Notes under the pieces: model-generated
The model's input: only the letters and a program-made list of their open reading frames with translations
The model's database searches: none
What the model was told of the DNA's origin: nothing
NCBI GenBank assembly: GCA_043228905.1
Contig: JBHGNT010000007.1
Span: 17,174,001-17,238,000, forward strand
Direction: 5' to 3'
Length of the DNA: 64,000 bases
Origin: Azolla caroliniana
Lineage: Eukaryota; Plantae; Polypodiophyta
Program-made: the position numbers and the translations under genes
Shown here: positions 55,881-64,000 of the stretch, in pieces
Layout of the letters: each line of letters begins with the position of its first letter
How positions within the stretch are numbered: the stretch's first letter is position 1

Positions 55881-56383
55881 TGACAATTGGCAATGGTTTG
55901 GTTCGAGAGTGTCAAACTCAAACCGATTAAAACCAAACACTTAAAGCTAATCAAACCGAACCACAAAACAATTTAAACCAAACCGCTACAAAAGTTCAAG
56001 CTCAAACCAAACGGCTTTAGAGATTTTCAAACCGTTGAATCCATGATTTTGCGAGTTTCGATTTTCAAGTTAGGTCAAAATTCAAGTTCTACTTTTAAAT
56101 TTTAAATTTTTCAATATTTAAAGTTTTTTTCTTAAAATATCAAAATTAGGCTTTAAAATGAAAAGGTTCTTTAAAAAAATATTTAAGAAAATTATCAAAG
56201 TATCAAACCCTAAACCTTCAAACCATTTAAATCAGAAATGGTGAAGTTGATAAAGGCTCAAACCGAATCGAACTGAACCGTTGACCCAAACCTGAAATTG
56301 AACCAAACTGAATCATCTAAACCGTTGAGGTGTTATGTCACGGTTTCACGGTTCGGTTCAAACCAAACCGTTGTCGATTGTTA
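55881..56383. mobile_element. Second, older hAT-type MITE of the same family, opposite orientation
   Basis: Ends TGACAATTGGCAATGG and CCGTTGTCGATTGTTA; flanks TTAATGAG/ATCATGAG (6 of 8 match); interior is collinear with the reverse complement of 42551-43023. Confidence 0.8.
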
Positions 56384-56595
56384 ATCATGAGGCATGTTTT
56401 TCTTTCATGGATTGGTAACCATAAGAAATCATGAGAAAGAATTGCAAGAGTTTATGTCAATCAAAAGAACTTATGCTTGTGATGCGACTTTTTTTTTTGT
56501 TCTCCTACCAGGAAGCACACAAAAACACTTGAGTGAATTTTTACCTCATTGCCAATAATGATGACTCAGTGTCCACCGTGGTTTCTTTTCTTTTA

Positions 56596-57825
56596 TCAAA
56601 GCCATTCTATTTTGCATTTTCTCTCGATCATATCGAGAGATTCTTTAGCCATCCATTGCCTCAAGCCCCTATCCAGCCCAAGAAACTCCAACGACACGCA
56701 TGTCATGGCTAACTCTTCGACGGCCACCAAGTCATCATATAAATTTTCACACTCGGCCATTACAAGCGCTTGTAAGGACAAGTGTCCGCAGAAAGTGTGA
56801 ACGCCGAACCCTGAGACGAGTCTACACCCGGTGAGCACGAGCTCTCGCAACTCGACACAGCCCAGGGAGATGGCGACGATGGAATGGTCCGAGATGTTTG
56901 GGAGCCACGAGAGGTCGAGCTTCCGGAGGGAGGACATGGCGGGGAGTACGAATTGGCCGGATCGGTCGGTGACACGGGGCCCGCATTTCGAGAGAGAGAG
57001 GGCCTCGAGTTTGGGGTGGGTGTCGCGGAGAGACGCGAGGCCCGAGTCGGTGATACGGGGGCATTCCGAGATGTCGAGCTCTCGGAGAGAGGGCCGTGTT
57101 TTGGGGCACGAGGAGATGGAGAGGGAGTGGAGGCCTCGGTCGGAGATGGAGGGGCATCCTCGGAGGATAAGTGAGGTTAGGGACGAGAGGCGGGAGATGG
57201 CCGCGAGGCCCGTGTCGGTGACATGGAAGCATCCGGAGATGTCGAGGTGGGATAGGGAGGGGCACGAGGCCGAGAGGGCGGACAATCCGGCGTCGTTCAC
57301 AATGGCCGGGCAATGGCCAACCGAGAGGCGGACAAGAAGCCGGCACCCGAGGGCCAATGCGGCCACCGATTCCCGCATGAGCTCGGGCCCGGCCCCTTCA
57401 TCATCATCATCATCATCATCATTATCAAGGGATGAGATCGCATGAAAGCAGGGTGGGGTTAGGGTTAGGGTTCTGGTTAGGGTTAGGGTTTGGAGGCGAG
57501 GGCACAGGGCGGCGATGAAGGGTAGAGAGGCATGGTGCGCTTGGATGTGCTGTAATGACGGGTAGAGAGGGAGGATCCGCGCCGCCATCGCTGCAGCAGC
57601 AGCAGATGAAGACGAGGAGGAAAGCATGGTGAGGCGGGTCCTCGAGAGACGCTCGAGGCGTCGCCACCTGCTGCTCACCGTCGAGAGGCTCTTCCGATCG
57701 GCAGGGTTCTGAACGCGGCACAGGATATGGCACAGCTCGTCGTCTCCTAGGGTTTCTATAGGAGGCGATGGTGCGATTGCCACTACAGGTTTCTCCTCTT
57801 CTGTCCCTGCGCTGTTCTCCTCCAT
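56596..57825 (-). CDS. F-box/LRR-repeat protein (FBXL-type), intronless, 409 aa from the first ATG
   Basis: F-box IETLGDDELCHILCRV...LSTVSSRWRRLE followed by cysteine-containing LRRs (LSHLDISGCFHVTDTGL, LRELDISECPRITDSGL). The ORF track starts two codons earlier at a TTG. Confidence 0.93.
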   Translation of the reverse strand: MEENSAGTEEEKPVVAIAPSPPIETLGDDELCHILCRVQNPADRKSLSTVSSRWRRLERLSRTRLTMLSSSSSSAAAAAMAARILPLYPSLQHIQAHHASLPFIAALCPRLQTLTLTRTLTLTPPCFHAISSLDNDDDDDDDEGAGPELMRESVAALALGCRLLVRLSVGHCPAIVNDAGLSALSASCPSLSHLDISGCFHVTDTGLAAISRLSSLTSLILRGCPSISDRGLHSLSISSCPKTRPSLRELDISECPRITDSGLASLRDTHPKLEALSLSKCGPRVTDRSGQFVLPAMSSLRKLDLSWLPNISDHSIVAISLGCVELRELVLTGCRLVSGFGVHTFCGHLSLQALVMAECENLYDDLVAVEELAMTCVSLEFLGLDRGLRQWMAKESLDMIERKCKIEWL

Positions 57826-57832
57826 AGCCAAG

Positions 57833-57959
57833 TTACAGATAAGCTCTGCTCAGCGGTAGCAAAGGGGGCGAGGATGATGTGATAGCAGAATCCATGGAAG
57901 AATTCTCTTCTTCTTCAGTATCTGTGTCTGCGTCTGCGTCTGCGTCTGTGTTTGGCCAT
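57833..57959 (-). promoter_or_regulatory. Two candidate upstream ORFs of the F-box gene
   Basis: 57959-57915 encodes MAKHRRRRRRRHRY*; 57895-57833 encodes MDSAITSSSPPLLPLSRAYL*, ending 7 nt before the main ATG. The transcription start is unknown. Confidence 0.4.
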
Positions 57960-58515
57960 GGCTAAACAGAGAGACAGAGAGGATCGATGAATTGTCTTCG
58001 TTGGAGAGGAGACCTGGGGTTTCCTGTAATTACAAACCATACCCTTTCCTGCTGTGGGGGGCAAACAAATTAGGATAATGCCCACAATACCCCTGGCCCT
58101 CTCATATCTCTCAGTTTCTTTCTTTTCTTGTAAAAAGCACATAGTTATATTAATTGTATGTAAAATCCAAATCCACAGTTACAACACTTCTTAGAGTCTC
58201 CTCTACCTACCTATGCCTATGTTGTAGGGAGAGGGACGTCTTGTAATGCCATTAAAAAACCTGAATATGCATTTGAGGAAATACGATCCCCACATGCTCT
58301 AAACATCCAGAAATTCCACATAAGAATACCTTTCAACTTCTTCATATAGGCAGGCTTTCACCCCTTGTTTACTGTTACGGGCATGACCATATAATATCCC
58401 GTGGTAACTAGTATCTTAGTATTTTACACACGAGGATAACATGTGAGGGTTAACCAAGAGTGTAAAGGAGGGATTCAGGATTACCTTCAACTATGTCGAA
58501 ACTTTGACCTCATGG

Positions 58516-59796
58516 TGATCAAACTCTTGTAGCGAGCACGCTAGTACCAAGTACGACTCGATGCCATAATGGTGGTATGAGACGCAAATCAAGGCGCGAG
58601 TCCATCTCGATCCCTTCGATCGGGAGTGGTAAGGTGGATCGACACCCTTCTTTTTCTATCTCCTTTCTTTTTCATCTATCTATTATATCCTTATCATATG
58701 CTTACATTAAGATCTAGTCTAACATTTACTATCAAACACGAAAGCATTACGCATATTCCAATTGTGTTGTAGTCCCCAATAACGTAAAAATTGGAACAAT
58801 ATCTCCATCTCCTCATTTGAACCATGTTGAAGATATGGAAAAAAAACCCATTGTTGAGCTCTCTCGCTCTCTCTCTCAAGATCATCTGAACATGTTTCTC
58901 ACTAAAAACCCTTCATGGGAGACATCCTGAATCGTCCCTAAGAGGAGTTGCGATGAAAGCAACGATGATGAGCGCATTGGCAATCTGCTGATGAATTTTT
59001 TGACTCTCCCTCATGGGATTCAAGTAGGTTGAAGAATAATCTCTCAATCAGAAGATGGGTGTGTTCTACCTTGTCTGATTCCCAACACTACCAAAAACCA
59101 TCTAACTATTAATGTCAATCTAAACTATTCATGAGAGTAAAGATTAATTAAATGTATTGCTTTGATCTAATTGAAAGTGTAGGGGTCTTTTTGGCATTTT
59201 TTTTAGGAAAAAAAGTAGGAAGAAGTTCAGGGCATTTTGGTAGCCTAAAAACTAGAGTACTTTTTCTTGCTAGAATTGTGAAGAAAGTCAAGGTAGTTTT
59301 GTGTTTTCTAGATTCTAGACATATGTGACGAACAAATAGGAAAAAACTTCACCAAATCTAAGCAAACAGATACTTTCTTGTTTATTGTGTGTGAAAGAAA
59401 ACAAGCCATGCCAGGAAAATAACATTAGAAAAGCATTTTTTTACATAAGAGAAAGTAGAATTATGAAAAGTTTGGTTCACTTCTCAACAAAACTTCTTGT
59501 ATATATGGTCAACCACGGTCGAGATTAGTAATCACATGAAAGATAAGAAAAATATATACATTATTTCAAAATCAATTTAGAACATAATCCACCAATTCAT
59601 TGTACTCTTTTGAGTGTTATAGAGTATTTTTGAGGAATTTTGCTTGCTTCCCCATGCAATTGTAGGAAGTGGATATGGACATTTTATTCTAAATATTGAG
59701 GTATGTACTATCGAACACTCTCCATGCTCATGACCTCAAGTGGAGAGTGATCCAATCTAAAGAAGTAGGAGCATGTATGACATCGGTAGCATCACT

Positions 59797-59833
<37 letters not shown>

Positions 59834-60239
59834 ATGTCTTCTAAGGCCAAAATTAGCCCATGAGATAGTTGGTTTACAACAAAATGGGTATTTATCCAAA
59901 ATGAGAGAGAGATTTTGTTATCATCTTCGGAGATCAAATATGACCTATGAGACCAAAAATATTACATTTCACGTGATACATGTGAAAGTGAGCAGTGACT
60001 CTCGATTGTTCAAGAGCTTTACCAATGAATGTTGCAATTTGTTGAGAATCGAATTCAACTTCCCATAGATAGGTTTCACACTAGCTCATGGACATTCCAG
60101 GCTAGTTTTGTAAATAGTAGAAAGGGCGCTTGCCCTAGCTTAGTTGGTATATAAACCAACTCATTGTAACTTAGTTAATGTTAGATGTATTTCATTTTGT
60201 TAATATTATATACACTTTTGTCTATCTCTGTCTCTTGAG

Positions 60240-60280
<41 letters not shown>

Positions 60281-61693
60281 GTTACACATACACACCTACG
60301 TTCACCTTCCACTGCATTGCAATCACCACAGACTCCATTTCCTAACATGGTATCAGAGCGTGTGGTTGCCTGATCAAGCATTTTCGACTGTGTTGTGCTG
60401 CACGCCGACGATCAAACTCTTGTAGCGAGCACGCTAGTACCAGGTACGACTCGATGCCATAACGGTGGTATGAGACGCCGATCAAGGCTCGAGTCCATCT
60501 CGATCCCTTCGATCGGGAGTGGTAAGGTGGATCGACACCCTTCTTTTTCTATCTCCTTTCTTTTTTATCTATCTATTATATCCTTATCATATGCTTACAT
60601 TAAGATCTAGTCTAACATTTACTATCAAACACGAAAGCATTACGCATATTCCAATTGTGTTGTAGTCCCCAATAACGTAAAAATTGGAACAATATCTCCA
60701 TCTCCTCATTTGAACCATGTTGAAGATATGGAAAAAAAACCCATTGTTGAGCTCTCTCGCTCTCTCTCTCAAGATCATCTGAACATGTTTCTCACTAAAA
60801 ACCCTTCATGGGAGACATCCTGAATCGTCCCTAAGAGGAGTTGCGATGAAAGCAACGATGATGAGCGCATTGGCAGTCTACTGATGAATTTTTTGACTCT
60901 CCCTCATGGGATTCGAGTAGTTTGAAGAATAATCTCTCAATCACAAGATGGGTGTGTTCTACCTTGTCTGATTCCCAACACCACCAAAAACCATCTAATT
61001 GTTAATGTCAATCTAAACTATTCATGAGAGTAAAGATTAATTAAATGTATTGCTTTGATCTAATTGAAAGTGTAGAGGTCTTTTTGGTATTTTTTTTAGG
61101 AAAAAAAGTAGGAAGAAGTTCAGGGCATTTTGGTAGCTTAAAACAAGTGTTTTTTCTTGCTAGAATTGTGAAGAAAGTCAAGGTAGTTTTGTGTTTTCTA
61201 GATTCTAGACATACGGGACAATCAAATAGGAAAAAACTTCACCAAATCTAAGCAAACTGAGACATTCTTGTTTATTGTGTGTGAAAGAAAACAAGCCATG
61301 CCAAAAAAATTGCATAAATTTAAGTATTTTTTTTACATAAGAGAAAGTAGAATTATGAAAAGTTTGGTTCACTTCTCAACAAACTTCTTGTATATATGGT
61401 CAACCACGGTCAAGATTAGTAATCACATGAAAGATAAGAAAAATATATACAATATTTCAAAATCAATTTAGAACATAATCCATCAATTTATTGTACTCTT
61501 TTGAGTGTTATAGAGTATTTTTGAGGAATTTTGTTTGCTTCCCCATGCAATTGTAGGAAGTGGATATGGACATTTTATTCTAAATATTGAGGTATGTACT
61601 ACCAAACACTCTCCATGCTCACGACCTCAAGTGGAGAGTGATCCAATCTAAAGAAGTACGAGCATGTATGACATTGGTAGCATCACTCAAAGA
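58516..61693 (+). mobile_element. Tandem non-autonomous LTR element: internal - LTR - PBS - internal
   Basis: 58516-59802 is duplicated at 60410-61693. Between the copies are a purine tract, an LTR TGTTA...TAACA (59916-60347) with TATATAAA, and PBS TGGTATCAGAGC at 60348-60359. No coding motifs. Confidence 0.75.
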
Positions 61694-63095
61694 TGTTAGG
61701 TTTTTCTGTCCACATTAATAAGTAAATAAAATGGGCCTTGGACGCCCAAAACTTGTATTTTTTAAAATAGTGTGAAAGGGGTGCACACAAGAAGACGTTA
61801 CATATCTACACTATGTAACACATTCTTTTTTTGAGTGTGTTAAAAAGGGAAAAATGAGCATTTCTCTGATGCAACAGAGAAAAACATATTTCAGAGAGCC
61901 CATACTCTCTTTCTTAGCTAATTCCTTCAATCTTTCTGAAGTACACCAACACACTCTGACATCCGGACATCGCCGCCTCCATCATCAGCCACGTGCTGTG
62001 AGTTTTGGTGGTTTTTGCGTTCCTTTTTGTTGAGTTTTTATTTTTGAGGAAACATCATATTCCTCGATTGCTCATAGTACTCTAACTTGTTTAGAGTAGA
62101 ACTTTGGTGTATCAGATTTATATTGATAGTGAATTAGTTCTGGACTAGGTCCCGTGGTTTTTACCTCTTTGAGGGTTTTCCACGTTAAAAATCTATGGTG
62201 TATTGTGTATTGATTTGTTGTGTATCTTTCTTGTTTTCTTTTTAAATCTTGCACAACATGTTTTCTATTTTACATAAGTGTTTAAGTGCTACTAAGTTTC
62301 GAAACAAGTGGTATTAGAGCGAGGTTGAGCACTTCTTATGGAGACAATTTTTTCCACAATGGTTTGCTTGAACGACACCAACTAGCACAAATGGAAAGGT
62401 AAGGTGAAAGATCCTCTTTTTGTGAAAATTCTACACTTACTTGTTTTTGCAGATGCTAAACCAGAGAGCAAAACTGCCGAGGAATGGCTTTTTGAGGATC
62501 AACAGGTATGTGGTTTTATTCGACAATGGGTGGGAGACAATGTCTTAAACCATATTGCGAATGAAACTAATGCTAAAGCTCTATGGAATAAACTCGAAAC
62601 GTTGTATGCATCAAAGGCAGGTAACAATAAGTTATTCTTGCTTAAACAAGCAATGCATTTAGTGTATAAAGAAGGCAGTTCCATTTTAGATCATCTAAAT
62701 GAATTTCAAGGATGTTTTGACCAACTTTTTAGTATGGGTGTGAAATTTGATGATGAGATTAATGCATTATGGTTGTTAAACACTCTCCCTAATTCATGGG
62801 AAACTTTTAGGGTATCTCTAACTAATGTAGCCCCAAATGGAATTGTAACTACGGAATATGTCAAGAGTGGTGTTCTAAACGAGGAGATGCGACGAAGGAC
62901 ACAAGGGACATTGTCACATTCGGAGGTCTTGATGGTTGAGAGAGGGAGGAGTAAGCATACAAGCCAAGGTCAAAACAACCGAGGGAGGAGTAGAAGTAAA
63001 TCAAAACCAAGGTATAAAAATCTAGAATGTCATTTTTGTGGTAAAACAGGACACATAAAGAGGTATTGTTACAAGTGGAAAAAGGAGAACCACAC
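61694..63095 (+). mobile_element. Truncated Copia: 5' LTR, PBS and gag
   Basis: LTR 61694-62306 (TG...CA); PBS TGGTATTAGAGC at 62309-62320; gag with LWNKLETLY, LLNTLPNSWE and CHFCGKTGHIKRYC; breaks off at ~63095. Confidence 0.9.
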
Positions 63096-63231
63096 ATCTA
63101 GCGGTAACTTACCAACGTAATATTCGTGTTCGTGCAAGCATTCCAATGTGTGGAAACGAACACGTTTGAAATGGGAAAAGTACACAATCCTTTGTTTTTT
63201 CTTTTTTTTCATTTATTATTGTTATAATTTA

Positions 63232-63452
63232 GTTGACCCTAGTGGTAAGGAGTCATGCTATTGTTGTCTATGTCTTGGGTTTGATTCCCAATTTTCTCAT
63301 CTCTTTCTCTCATTATTACCATGTCATAGCAAAATTTTATGTTAGTGTTATAATAGTTTTTTTCTTTTATTTAATTTTATTATTATAACTAAGTACAACC
63401 TAGTGGTAAGTTGTTGTGCTACTATTAGTTGTGTCTTGGGTTTGATTCCCAA
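63232..63452 (+). repeat. Two degenerate tRNA-like A/B-box modules
   Basis: CCTAGTGGTAAG...GTCTTGGGTTTGATTCCCAA at ~63238-63290 and ~63398-63452. Confidence 0.5.
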
Positions 63453-63485
63453 CTTACTCATATCCTCTTGTTAGTGTCATGTTCT

Positions 63486-64000
63486 TGTTGGGAATCGCCG
63501 CTTCGATTCTCCTTCACCGCTCGGCCACAACCGAGTAGTCGCGAAACAATGCAGCAGAAAATAGGAAACACTGAGAAAGACACGATAACACAGGGATTAA
63601 CGTGGAAAACCCTATATGGGAAAAACCACGGGAGTGCAAGACTCCAAACCAAAACTATGCACAGAGAAATATACAATGGCGAGCTGCAAGGCAACGACCT
63701 TGAGCTCGCTGTCCTCGCCACAGGCGGCGGTATTACACAGAGGCAACGACCTCTTCGTCTTTCTCTCTCTCTCTCTCGGCTGCACTCTTCACTCTCTCTA
63801 AGTGAGAACAGAAAATGAGCAACAACTTACAGCAGCAATAAACAGTTTGCCCTAAGTCATATTTATACACATATGACTTTCGGGCTATTTACAAATATAG
63901 CCTCAAGGGCCCTTGGCAAACATATTCACAAATATGTCCCCGCATCCGGATCTCTCTCCGGGTACATTCATCATCCGGCTCCGTAGCCGGGGTCTTCATC
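63486..64000 (-). mobile_element. LTR of a close relative of the intact Copia, running off the window
   Basis: Collinear with 20014-20540 (CGGCCACAACCGAGTA, CACAGGGATTAACGTGGAAAACCCTA). No adjacent PBS, so it is a 3' LTR or a solo LTR. Confidence 0.9.

Noticed and set aside
56822-57733. Alternative-frame and antisense ORFs over the F-box gene, and TTAGGG repeats at 57456-57490
   Set aside because: GC-rich shadow ORFs. The hexamer repeats simply encode a TLTLT low-complexity stretch in frame.
63097-63165. Helitron 3' end on the minus strand (hairpin CGTGTTCGT...ACGAACACG, then CTAG)
   Set aside because: The hairpin is too far from CTAG, the next base is A rather than T, and no 5' TC end can be assigned.

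Overview
Transposon-dense land-plant nuclear DNA; the element lineages suggest a non-seed plant, but that is inference. Only two intact host genes are visible: a 4-exon short-chain dehydrogenase/reductase (33871-45862, +) and an intronless F-box/LRR gene (56596-57825, -). The first 34 kb is a train of related Mutator-like (MULE) elements whose terminal inverted repeats abut at TACA/CATG microsatellites. They carry captured host-gene fragments, a Ulp1-like protease pseudogene and two MULE-SWIM transposase copies. Nested inside are a degenerate LINE, a decayed Copia, an intact young Copia (1357-aa ORF, matching LTRs, 5-bp TSD) and a 2.1-kb non-coding LTR element. That element has no tRNA primer site; instead a 12-nt sequence after its 5' LTR is perfectly complementary to its own predicted transcript start (Tf1-type self-priming), and its LTR carries a heat-shock-element array. 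The truncated transposase ORF runs in frame into the SDR start codon, so a chimeric transcript is possible. The rest is hAT MITEs, decayed tRNA-Asp copies, Copia/Gypsy relics and a tandem non-autonomous LTR element. All comparisons were made by eye; family names are from recall, not from database searches.
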